A stretch of 64,000 bases of DNA from Candidatus Krumholzibacteriota bacterium (lineage in GTDB: Bacteria; Krumholzibacteriota; Krumholzibacteriia; JAJRXK01): the NCBI GenBank assembly GCA_963727455.1, contig CAVSGG010000006.1, forward strand, positions 1 to 64,000. The letters run 5' to 3'. Below the pieces are notes generated by a model, which worked only from the letters and a program-made list of their open reading frames with translations, was not told the origin of the DNA and ran no database searches. The translations under genes and the position numbers were made by a program. Of this stretch, positions 50,608 to 59,013 are shown piece after piece; position 1 is the stretch's first letter, and each line of letters opens with the position of its first letter.

Positions 50608-53040
50608 GTGATCGGAGAGACCCTCGCTCACTACACGATTACCGGCCAGCTCGGTCGGGGCGGCATGGGCGAGGTCTATCGCGCCCGGGACACCCGGCTC
50701 GACCGTGACGTTGCGCTGAAGATCCTCCCCGCCGAGTTCGCCGCCGACCCGTCCCGCCTGGAACGCTTCGAGCGCGAGGCGAAGACCGTCGCGGGGCTGA
50801 ATCACCCACACATCGTGCACATGTACTCGGTCGAGGAGGACCGGGGCATTCGCTTTTTGACGATGGAACTCGTGGAGGGCCGGAGCCTCGACGAAGGCCT
50901 CCCAACGGACGGTCTTCCCCTCTCCCAGGTCTTCGAGATCGGCATCGCTATCGCCGATGCCCTGGCCTCGGCTCACGCGAAGGGTATCGTCCACCGGGAC
51001 CTCAAACCGGCCAACGTCATGATGACCGAGGATGGTCGTGTGAAGGTTCTGGACTTTGGTCTGGCCAAGGTCGCCCAAGACACCTCGGGATCGGACGTCG
51101 ACGCCACCGAGATCGCGGGCCTGACCCAGCTGGGTGCGGTCATGGGAACGGTGCCCTACATGTCGCCGGAGCAGTTGCGGGGACAAACCGTCGACAGCCG
51201 CAGCGACATCTTCTCGCTCGGCACCCTCCTTTACGAGCTCGCCGCGGGCAGACGGCCCTTCGTCGGAGTGAGCAACGCCGACGTGACCTCAGCCATCCTG
51301 CGGGAGACTCCGCAGCTGCTGACCGAACTCAAGCCCGAGTTGCCGGGTCCGTTGAGTCGGATCGTGATGCGCTGCCTGGAGAAAGAGCAGGACAACCGCT
51401 ATCAGTCTGCCCTCGACATCCGCAACGATTTGCGAGAGCTGCGCCGGGAGGTGGACTCCGGAGTCAGTCGCTCCAGCAGTTGGATGTCGGAAACGGAGCC
51501 GGTGACGCGCGGCGCGCGCGTACGGTGGTGGATGGCCGTCTCTGCCGTCGCCTTGGTCTTCGTTGCGGCGTTTATTTTCCTGGAGGGTCGCGGTAAACAG
51601 ACCCCGGCCACGGAGCCCGTCCCGACGCCGCCCGCGCCGCCGGAGCAATCGATCGCGGTATTGCCGTTCGCGGACCTGTCTCCCCAGCAGGACAAGGAAT
51701 ACTTCTCCGATGGTATCGCGGAGGAACTTTTGAATCTGCTGGCGAGGGTGCATGGACTCAAGGTCACGGCGCGCACGTCGTCCTTCTCGTTCAAGGGAAA
51801 AGAGGTTGAGGTTCCGGAGATCGGGCGCCAGCTCGGGGTGTCCCACGTTCTCGAAGGGTCGGTGCGCATGGCTGGCGACCGGGTACGGATCACCGCGCAG
51901 CTGATCCAGACCGCGGACGGTTTCCAGGTCTGGTCACAGAACTGGGATCGCACACTCGACGACATCTTTGCGATCCAGGATGAAATCGCGGGCGAGGTCG
52001 TGAAGGAACTGAAAGTGACACTCCTGGGCGATGCGCCGAAGGTGCGCGCGACCGATCCGAAGGCCTACGCACTGTATCTACAGGCGGTGCAACTCGCAGG
52101 AATGCGCAGTGCCGGCGGATTCGCCCAGTCCGACTCCTTGTATCGCGCAGCGCTGGCCATCGATCCCGATTATGCGCCGGCGTGGGTCAACCTGGCGGGG
52201 AACCTCGTCAACGAGGTCTTCCTCGGGTTGAGCAGCGCCGATGAAGGATTTCCGCGCGCCCAAGAGGCCGCGAACAAGGCCCTTGCGATCGACCAGGAGT
52301 CGGCCGACGCCCACGGAGCCCTGGGCAGCATCGCCGTGGGCGAGGGCAAACTCGTCGACGCCGCCATGCATTTCAAGCGGGCCCTCGAACTCGATCCGGC
52401 GTCTCCGACCGTTCTGGGAAACAGCTCCGCGCTGCTCAAGTCCCTGGGGAGACTCGACGACGCGATCGCGCTCGACGAAGAAGCCGTCCGTCTCGATCCG
52501 ATCAACACCGCGTGGTTATTCAATCTGGCCGCTGCCAAGCACTGGGCCGGCCACGAAGACGAGGCGATCGCACTCTTTCGCACCGTGCTCAGTCTCAGTC
52601 CGGGATTCGGCGGGGCGCACCTCCTACTCGGCGAGGCACTGCTTGCAAAAGGTGATGCGGAAGCGGCGCTAACGGAGTTCAAACAGGAACAGTACGAGCT
52701 GTACCGCATGATCGGTTTGCCGCTGGCGTATCACGACCTGGGACGCGACGACGAGTTCCAGAGTGCACTCGACGAACTCGTTACCAAACTCGGTCCGGTG
52801 TCGCCCTACGACGCCGGCTCGGTGTTCGCTTACTGCGGCGATACGGATCGCGCATTCGAGTGGCTCGGCAAGTCCGTCGCGGCTAACGATGGCGGATCAC
52901 TGCTCATCCTCGTGGACAGTCTCTACAAGAGCGTCCACTCTGACCCGCGCTGGCTGCCGCTCCTGCGCAAACTCGGCAAGGCGCCCGAGCAGGTTGACAA
53001 GATCCAGTTCAAGGTGACGCTTCCGAGCTCGGAGTCATGA
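50608..53040 (+). CDS. Hanks-type Ser/Thr protein kinase with hydrophobic segment, TolB-N-like (SIAVLPF) domain and TPR repeats
   Basis: GRGGMGEVY, VALK, HRDLKPAN, DFGLA, YMSPE; SIAVLPFADLS...YFSDGIAEE; TPR helices. Confidence 0.92.
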   Translation: MIGETLAHYTITGQLGRGGMGEVYRARDTRLDRDVALKILPAEFAADPSRLERFEREAKTVAGLNHPHIVHMYSVEEDRGIRFLTMELVEGRSLDEGLPTDGLPLSQVFEIGIAIADALASAHAKGIVHRDLKPANVMMTEDGRVKVLDFGLAKVAQDTSGSDVDATEIAGLTQLGAVMGTVPYMSPEQLRGQTVDSRSDIFSLGTLLYELAAGRRPFVGVSNADVTSAILRETPQLLTELKPELPGPLSRIVMRCLEKEQDNRYQSALDIRNDLRELRREVDSGVSRSSSWMSETEPVTRGARVRWWMAVSAVALVFVAAFIFLEGRGKQTPATEPVPTPPAPPEQSIAVLPFADLSPQQDKEYFSDGIAEELLNLLARVHGLKVTARTSSFSFKGKEVEVPEIGRQLGVSHVLEGSVRMAGDRVRITAQLIQTADGFQVWSQNWDRTLDDIFAIQDEIAGEVVKELKVTLLGDAPKVRATDPKAYALYLQAVQLAGMRSAGGFAQSDSLYRAALAIDPDYAPAWVNLAGNLVNEVFLGLSSADEGFPRAQEAANKALAIDQESADAHGALGSIAVGEGKLVDAAMHFKRALELDPASPTVLGNSSALLKSLGRLDDAIALDEEAVRLDPINTAWLFNLAAAKHWAGHEDEAIALFRTVLSLSPGFGGAHLLLGEALLAKGDAEAALTEFKQEQYELYRMIGLPLAYHDLGRDDEFQSALDELVTKLGPVSPYDAGSVFAYCGDTDRAFEWLGKSVAANDGGSLLILVDSLYKSVHSDPRWLPLLRKLGKAPEQVDKIQFKVTLPSSES

Positions 53041-53043
53041 GAT

Positions 53044-53211
53044 CGCCCTTTCACGAACTCGAGGCTTCGCTGTGCGGAAAGCGTAGGAAAAGGCCCTCCA
53101 TGTGAGCGGAGTGGCGGTTCCGCGCGCTTTGGCGCGGCTAAGCCACGAGCTCAGATGGAGGGCCTTTACCCTCTCAGGGCGCAGAAGCGCCTCTCCAATC
53201 GTGAAAAGGCG
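53044..53211. repeat. Rod-shaped palindromic element, copy B (inverted relative to copy A)
   Basis: Outer stem 53044-53056/53199-53211; inner stem 53089-53107/53149-53167; shares AGCCGCGCCAAAGCGCGCGGAACCGCC and TTCCGCACAGCGAAGCCTC with copy A on the opposite strand. Confidence 0.85.
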
Positions 53212-53282
53212 CCCCTATCAGTGTCTTGTTGCGCGGCCGAACTCCCTTATACTCTTCAGAAGATCTGCAACCGGGAGTTGCC

Positions 53283-53702
53283 ATGCGGCAGGAGCTCACC
53301 GAGTTCACGCTCACAACACAGGGCAAGAAGATGCTCGACTTTACCGAGGAAGTACGGGCCTGGGTCAAGTCGACCGGAGTGCGGCAGGGTCTGCTCACCC
53401 TGCAAATTCAGCACACCTCGGCCTCCCTGCTGGTGCAAGAGAACTACGATCCCACCGTGCAATCCGATCTCGAGCGCTTCTTGGCGCGGCTGGTCCCCGA
53501 CGGGGATCCCATCTTCCAGCACACCATCGAAGGCCCGGATGACATGCCGGCCCACGTCCGCAGCGCGCTCACCAGCACCACTCTCAGTCTGCCGGTCGAT
53601 GAGGGGGCGCCCACTCTGGGCACCTGGCAGGCCATCTATCTCTGCGAGCACCGTTCGCAGGGACACACCCGGCGCATCCGCGCGCACCTCCTTGGAGAGT
53701 GA
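53283..53702 (+). CDS. yjbQ: YjbQ/UPF0047 family protein
   Basis: HTSASL..QEN.DP.V, EGPDDMPAH, LGTWQAIYLCEHR. Confidence 0.9.
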   Translation: MRQELTEFTLTTQGKKMLDFTEEVRAWVKSTGVRQGLLTLQIQHTSASLLVQENYDPTVQSDLERFLARLVPDGDPIFQHTIEGPDDMPAHVRSALTSTTLSLPVDEGAPTLGTWQAIYLCEHRSQGHTRRIRAHLLGE

Positions 53703-53705
53703 TCG

Positions 53706-54884
53706 ATGAAGGCCCAGGACCACGGGCTTTCGCGCGAGGAGATGCGCCGCTACGGGCGTCATCTCGTTCTGCCCGAGGTGGGACTCGAAGGACAGAACAA
53801 GCTCAAGGCCAGCAGCGTACTCGTGGTCGGCGCCGGCGGGCTCGGCTCTCCACTCGCCATTTACCTCGCAGCGGCCGGGGTGGGGCGCATCGGACTCGTC
53901 GACTTCGACACAGTGGAGATCTCCAATCTCCAGCGGCAGATTCTCTATACTGATGAGGATCTCGGCCACGCCAAACTCGACGCCGCAGTTCAGCATCTTC
54001 GGGGCATCAATCCGAATGTAGAGTTCATCAAGCATGCAGTGCGACTCTCCCGGGACAACGCACTGGAAATCCTCGCCTCCTACGATGTCATTGCCGACGG
54101 TTCGGACAACTTCGCCACCCGCTACCTGGTGAACGACGCCTGCGTGTTCCTGAAAAAACCGAACGTTCATGCCAGCATTCTGCGCTTCGAGGGACAGGCC
54201 TCGGTGTTCTGGACCGGTCACGGACCCTGCTACCGTTGCCTCTTCCCCGATCCACCGCCACCCGGAATGGTCGAGTCCTGCGCCGAGGGCGGGGTGCTCG
54301 GGGTGTTGCCGGGCATCATGGGCTCGATCCAGGGGATGGAGGTGATCAAGGTGATTCTCGCTATCGGAAGTCCCCTGATCGGACGGATGCTACTTTTTGA
54401 TGGCTTGCAGATGAACCTGCGAACCCTCAAGCTACAGCGCGATCCGAAGTGTCCGGTCTGTGGAGACGATCCGCGGATCACCGAGCTACTCGACTACGAT
54501 TCGATCTGTGGGATGCCGGTGGACCTGAGAGAGTCCGAGGCGAGCGAAACAAATGCCTCGGGTCCTCACGCCGACATTTCCGTGGACGAGCTGTTCGAGC
54601 GCCGGAAAGGTGAGAATCCTCCTTTGGTGCTGGACGTGCGGGAAGCTCAGGAACTCGAGATCTGCGCCCTGAAGGATGCCGTGCACATTCCTTTGGGACA
54701 GCTCGAGGCGCGTGTCGCGGAACTCGATCCGCGACGCGAAACGGTGCTTTTGTGTCACCACGGAATCCGTAGCGCGCACGCGGCTGCCTACTTGCGCCGG
54801 ACCGGTTTCCTCAACGCGCGAAATTTGGTGGGAGGAATCGAAGCCTGGGCAAAACGCATCGATCCCTCGATGGCACGTTATTAG
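53706..54884 (+). CDS. moeB: Molybdopterin-synthase adenylyltransferase with C-terminal rhodanese domain (MoeB/MoeZ)
   Basis: RYGRH, GAGGLGSP, SNLQRQ, DNFATRY, CYRC and CPVC; rhodanese LDVRE...CHHGIRS. Confidence 0.9.
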   Translation: MKAQDHGLSREEMRRYGRHLVLPEVGLEGQNKLKASSVLVVGAGGLGSPLAIYLAAAGVGRIGLVDFDTVEISNLQRQILYTDEDLGHAKLDAAVQHLRGINPNVEFIKHAVRLSRDNALEILASYDVIADGSDNFATRYLVNDACVFLKKPNVHASILRFEGQASVFWTGHGPCYRCLFPDPPPPGMVESCAEGGVLGVLPGIMGSIQGMEVIKVILAIGSPLIGRMLLFDGLQMNLRTLKLQRDPKCPVCGDDPRITELLDYDSICGMPVDLRESEASETNASGPHADISVDELFERRKGENPPLVLDVREAQELEICALKDAVHIPLGQLEARVAELDPRRETVLLCHHGIRSAHAAAYLRRTGFLNARNLVGGIEAWAKRIDPSMARY

Positions 54885-54896
54885 GAGGCTTTAGAG

Positions 54897-55361
54897 ATGG
54901 CAAAGCGGCGCCTGGTTCGAAACGTGTTTCTCGCGCTCGTGGTCCTGCTCGTGCTTGCGCAGTTCATCCGGCCGGACCTGAGCAATCCGCCGGCGCCGGA
55001 TTCCAACGACATGATCCACCTCGTCTCACCTCCTCCAGAAGTGGCCAGCATGCTGCAGCGCTCGTGCTATGATTGCCACAGTCACCGCACCCGCTGGCCC
55101 TGGTACGCCCACGTGGCCCCGGCCTCCTGGCTGGTGACGCACGACGTCAACGAGGCGCGTCACCACATGAACTTCTCGCTCTGGGGCGACTACACCCAGG
55201 GAGCGGCGCGCCACAAGCTCCAGGAGGCCCAGGAACAGATTCACGAAGGTGAAATGCCGCTCTGGTATTATCTTCCGCTGCACCCGAAGGCGCGTCTCAG
55301 CGCGGCCGAGAAGGCGGCGTTCCAATCCTGGGTGGACAGCCTGACCGCGAATAAAGAGTGA
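54897..55361 (+). CDS. Haem-binding domain protein (single CxxCH)
   Basis: N-terminal anchor; SCYDCHS, WPWY, NFS.W, EMPL. Confidence 0.85.
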   Translation: MAKRRLVRNVFLALVVLLVLAQFIRPDLSNPPAPDSNDMIHLVSPPPEVASMLQRSCYDCHSHRTRWPWYAHVAPASWLVTHDVNEARHHMNFSLWGDYTQGAARHKLQEAQEQIHEGEMPLWYYLPLHPKARLSAAEKAAFQSWVDSLTANKE

Positions 55362-55374
55362 AAATTAGGGCCCG

Positions 55375-56007
55375 ATGAACCCCAAGGCGCACGACGCACA
55401 TTCCAGTTCCAGCCCCGAAAGCGGCCCTGCGACGCCCTCCGATGAGTGGACGCGTGAGGAACTGGAGGGGGTGCGTCGCCGGGATCCGCAGGCACTGGGA
55501 CGTTTCTTCGAGCGGACCTTCGATTCGATCTACGGACTGAGCTTTCGTCTTTTGTCGGACCGCGCAGCGGCCGAGGATGCCACCCAGGAGGTATTTCTGA
55601 AGATCCACCGGGCGGCGCATCGCATCGACCCACAGCGCAATCCAACCCCCTGGATTCTGACCATCACCACCAACGTGTGCCGCGATCTTTTCCGCTCCAG
55701 CGGTCACAAGATGAGCAAAGCATCCGTTTCTATTGATGAGGAACCCGAACTGGGGGCCTCACTGGTGCGTGAGATTTCGACCCCGGAGGCAGAACTTCTA
55801 CAGAAGGAACAGCAGGGCCAGGTCCAGGCCGCCATTGATCGGCTGCCGGAGGCTTTGCGGGAAGTGATCCTGCTCCACGACTATCAGGGACTGGGACATC
55901 AAGAAATCGCGGAGATGGTGAACGTGAGCTACGGCGCGGTTCGCAAGCGCTACTCGCGCGCCCTCAGCGCACTGGGGGAAATTCTCGAGGAAATTGGGAA
56001 TGAGTAA
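55375..56007 (+). CDS. ECF RNA polymerase sigma factor
   Basis: AEDATQEVFLK and WILTITTNVCRD (region 2); LPEALREVILL...EIAEMVNVSYGAVRKRYSRA (region 4). Confidence 0.9.
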   Translation: MNPKAHDAHSSSSPESGPATPSDEWTREELEGVRRRDPQALGRFFERTFDSIYGLSFRLLSDRAAAEDATQEVFLKIHRAAHRIDPQRNPTPWILTITTNVCRDLFRSSGHKMSKASVSIDEEPELGASLVREISTPEAELLQKEQQGQVQAAIDRLPEALREVILLHDYQGLGHQEIAEMVNVSYGAVRKRYSRALSALGEILEEIGNE

Positions 56008-56803
56008 GGAAGAGAACAAGCAATTGAGTCCCGTACAGCAACGGGCGAAGGACGCGGTCGCGGGACTTTCCCGGCCCCAGGCCGATCCGACCTTCCGTGC
56101 CCGGCTCAAGCAGGACTTCGTGAAGGGAGAGCTGCGCTCGCGGGCTCCGGTCGCAACGGTACGTCCCTGGTACCTGCGCGCGGCCTTGCCCTTGGCGGCC
56201 GCTGCGGCACTCATCTTCATGCTCAACGTGCTAAATCGGGGACCGGCCTGGATCCTAGTCGAAGGAGCAGGAAGCGCCGTCATCGATGGCGAGACGGTCT
56301 CGCTCGATCAGCCGGAGAAAGTGGATGCGTTGCTGCACGGTGGCTCCAGGGTGGAGATCGCGCCCGACTCGCGCGCCGTCTTCAAACAGCGCGGCATCGT
56401 GATGGCCGAGCTGGAGGGCGGATCGGTCGTCTTGTTGCCCAAGGCGCCGGGCCGCTGGTTCAACCGCCGCATGGAGGGCACGATCGAGAAGGGCAACGTA
56501 GGCTGGATCACCGGATCCGGCTTCCCCGGGGCGCAACTCGTTCTGAACACGCCGGAGAGCATCATCGAGGTGGTGGGAACCTGCTTCAGGCTCATGTGTA
56601 CCGAAGATGGAACCTGCCTCTGTGTTCTTCATGGCGTGGTCCGCGCGGAGCGGCGCAACGGAAAGACCGACATGATCTCCGGCGGTCGCCGCAAGACCAT
56701 GTTCGCCGATGGATCCAAATCGGATCTGGGGGACATCCTCGATTCGAGCCGCACCGAACTTACCCAATTGACGGCCATGGCCGAAAAGGAAATGAACCGG
56801 TGA
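56000..56803 (+). CDS. Anti-sigma factor with TM helix and FecR-like domain carrying a four-Cys cluster
   Basis: Overlaps the sigma stop codon; TM LAAAAALIFML; FecR-like TP...EVVGT.F...V..G.V pattern. Confidence 0.7.
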   Translation: MSKEENKQLSPVQQRAKDAVAGLSRPQADPTFRARLKQDFVKGELRSRAPVATVRPWYLRAALPLAAAAALIFMLNVLNRGPAWILVEGAGSAVIDGETVSLDQPEKVDALLHGGSRVEIAPDSRAVFKQRGIVMAELEGGSVVLLPKAPGRWFNRRMEGTIEKGNVGWITGSGFPGAQLVLNTPESIIEVVGTCFRLMCTEDGTCLCVLHGVVRAERRNGKTDMISGGRRKTMFADGSKSDLGDILDSSRTELTQLTAMAEKEMNR

Positions 56804-57360
56804 AACTCCTGCTGACGATGCTTCTGTTGCTTCTTCCCGTGAGTGCGAGCGCCGCGCCCAAGGTCCAATTCGATGACTTCGGGAAGGCCCCCGAGATCAA
56901 ACTACCTCTGGTGGGGGAGAAGGGTTCGGCCAAGCTCTCGGAGATGCTGAAGGACGGCCCCGTCCTCGTCGACTTCTGGGCTACCTGGTGCGGACCCTGC
57001 CGTAAGCTCATGCCCGAATACGTGGAGCTCTATCAGCGCTACTCCAAGCGCGGATTCAAAATTCTGGCGGTCAGCCAGGACATGCCGCAGATGCTCGACA
57101 AGGTGGAGTCGTACCGGAAGGCCAACGGGATTCCCTTTCCCATCGTGCTCGACGGTGACAAGAAGGCTGCGAAGGCCTACGGGGTGTACAGCTTGCCGAC
57201 GGCGCTTTTGATCGACAAGCGGCAGCACGCAGTCTCGGTGGACGTCGGCTATCGGCCCGGGAACAAGGAGACTCTGGCCGCGAAGATCGAGGCTCTGCTG
57301 GGAGATTCTCCGCGCCCATCCAAGGAGGAACCCGGCGCCAGCGACGATACGATGCGCTGA
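56800..57360 (+). CDS. Exported TlpA/ResA-family thiol-disulfide oxidoreductase
   Basis: GTG start overlapping the previous stop; signal peptide; DFWATWCGPC; YGVYSLPT. Confidence 0.88.
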   Translation: MKLLLTMLLLLLPVSASAAPKVQFDDFGKAPEIKLPLVGEKGSAKLSEMLKDGPVLVDFWATWCGPCRKLMPEYVELYQRYSKRGFKILAVSQDMPQMLDKVESYRKANGIPFPIVLDGDKKAAKAYGVYSLPTALLIDKRQHAVSVDVGYRPGNKETLAAKIEALLGDSPRPSKEEPGASDDTMR

Positions 57361-57368
57361 GTGAGCGA

Positions 57369-58118
57369 ATGCAGGGAAAGTCTCAGCTCGCCATCCTCCT
57401 TTCCCTCTTCCTCGCGCTGTTCAGCGCGGCGCTCGCGCTCTTTTCGCTGGCCCTCTTGGGTCTACTCCTCCTGGGGGTATCGCCTCCGGGGGCGCCGCTG
57501 CTCGGGCCCTTCCCGTCCTTTCAGGAACGCATGGCTTTCGATCTCGCCCTCTGGGCGCTCTTCGGAGTGCAGCACAGTGTCATGGCACGCGCACCCTTCA
57601 AGAGCTGGCTCCACCGTGTTGCGCCATTCCTCTCCGAACGGACAGCCTACGTCTTTTTCTCTGCCGTAGTGACCTTGGCCCTGGTGCTTCTGTGGCAACC
57701 GCTTCCTACGAGCATCTGGAAGCTCTCCCCTCCATTCTCTTTTCTCGCCGACGGCATCGGGATTTTGGGCTTTCTTCTCGCCCTCATCTCCAGCAGCCTC
57801 ATCGATGGACTCGAACTCGTGGGCCTGCGCCGGCCACTCTTGGCGCTAGAGGGACGCTCCTATGAGGGGCCCCGGTTCGTGACACCGCTCTTCTATCGCG
57901 TGATTCGCCACCCCATCCAGGCCGGGGTGATTCTGCTCTTGTGGGGTATCGCCCGCATGAATGCCGATCGATTGTTCATGGCAATCTGTGGAACTCTGTA
58001 CATTCTCATCGCGCTTCCCCTGGAGGAGAGAGACCTGGAGGAGAAGCACGGGGAAGCCTACCGCAGCTATCGCGCACGGGTGCCGCGATTGATTCCGCGC
58101 ATTCGACGGGGAAACTGA
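57369..58118 (+). CDS. MddA/nurim-like membrane S-methyltransferase (ICMT superfamily)
   Basis: LFGVQHSVMAR..FK, ERTAYV, WQP, YRVIRHP, EERDL...GEAY..Y...VP. Confidence 0.75.
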   Translation: MQGKSQLAILLSLFLALFSAALALFSLALLGLLLLGVSPPGAPLLGPFPSFQERMAFDLALWALFGVQHSVMARAPFKSWLHRVAPFLSERTAYVFFSAVVTLALVLLWQPLPTSIWKLSPPFSFLADGIGILGFLLALISSSLIDGLELVGLRRPLLALEGRSYEGPRFVTPLFYRVIRHPIQAGVILLLWGIARMNADRLFMAICGTLYILIALPLEERDLEEKHGEAYRSYRARVPRLIPRIRRGN

Positions 58119-58305
58119 GTGGCATTTCGAATGGATCCTTGCCTAATCGGGCTCCGAGGTTCAATATTTCCAGTTGTTTACCCGCCCCGGTGATGCAGGG
58201 TCGCGTGTCGTTTCCGCTCTTCATTCGCCGGCGAATTTCCGCACCTAACCCTCGGGGTTTCCGTCCTTTGGGTTACGGCGCCTTGCCTTTTCGTATGGAG
58301 TAGAA

Positions 58306-59001
58306 ATGCAGCGGGTGGTGAATCTTTACCGGTCTTCCATCGGGAAGAAGATCGTGATGGCGGTCACCGGGTTCATACTCGTGGCCTTTGTCGTCATCCA
58401 CATGCTCGGCAATCTGAAGGTCTTCTATCCCGCGCACGACGGCGTCTACAAGATCGACGCCTACGGAGAATTCTTGAGGACCGTGGGCTATCCGGTGTTC
58501 AGCCGGGGCAACGTTCTCTGGATCTTCCGCATCGGCCTTCTCGTCACTGCGATTTTGCACATCTGGTCCGCGATCGCGGTCTGGCGTATGAGCGCTCTGG
58601 CCCGTCCGCAGGATTACCAGAAGCGCGAATCGGTGGCTTCGACTCTGGCCTCGCGAACCATGCGCGTGGGCGGGATCATTCTGGCTGCGTTCATCATCTT
58701 CCACATTCTCAATCTCACCACGGGAAGCATCTTTCCGGGCGGAACCTTCGAGCACGGTCAAGTGCATCACAACATGGTGCTGACTTTCTCCGTCTGGTGG
58801 GTCGCCGCCTTTTACATCGTGGCGATGATCTTCCTCGGTCTGCACCTCTATCACGGTATCTGGAGCGCCTTCCAAACCTTGGGTGTGGCAAATCCGAGAT
58901 ACAAGCAGTGGCGGCGCACCTTAGCTTTGGTGATCGCTGTCCTCGTGAGCGCCGGGAATATTCTCATCCCTCTGGCGATCCTCATCGGCAGAGTTCACTA
59001 G
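58306..59001 (+). CDS. sdhC: Succinate dehydrogenase / fumarate reductase cytochrome b subunit (b558 type)
   Basis: SSIGKK.VMAVTG, HMLGNL, further conserved His residues, HLYHG.WSAFQTLG. Confidence 0.92.
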   Translation: MQRVVNLYRSSIGKKIVMAVTGFILVAFVVIHMLGNLKVFYPAHDGVYKIDAYGEFLRTVGYPVFSRGNVLWIFRIGLLVTAILHIWSAIAVWRMSALARPQDYQKRESVASTLASRTMRVGGIILAAFIIFHILNLTTGSIFPGGTFEHGQVHHNMVLTFSVWWVAAFYIVAMIFLGLHLYHGIWSAFQTLGVANPRYKQWRRTLALVIAVLVSAGNILIPLAILIGRVH

Positions 59002-59013
59002 GGAAGGGATGCC

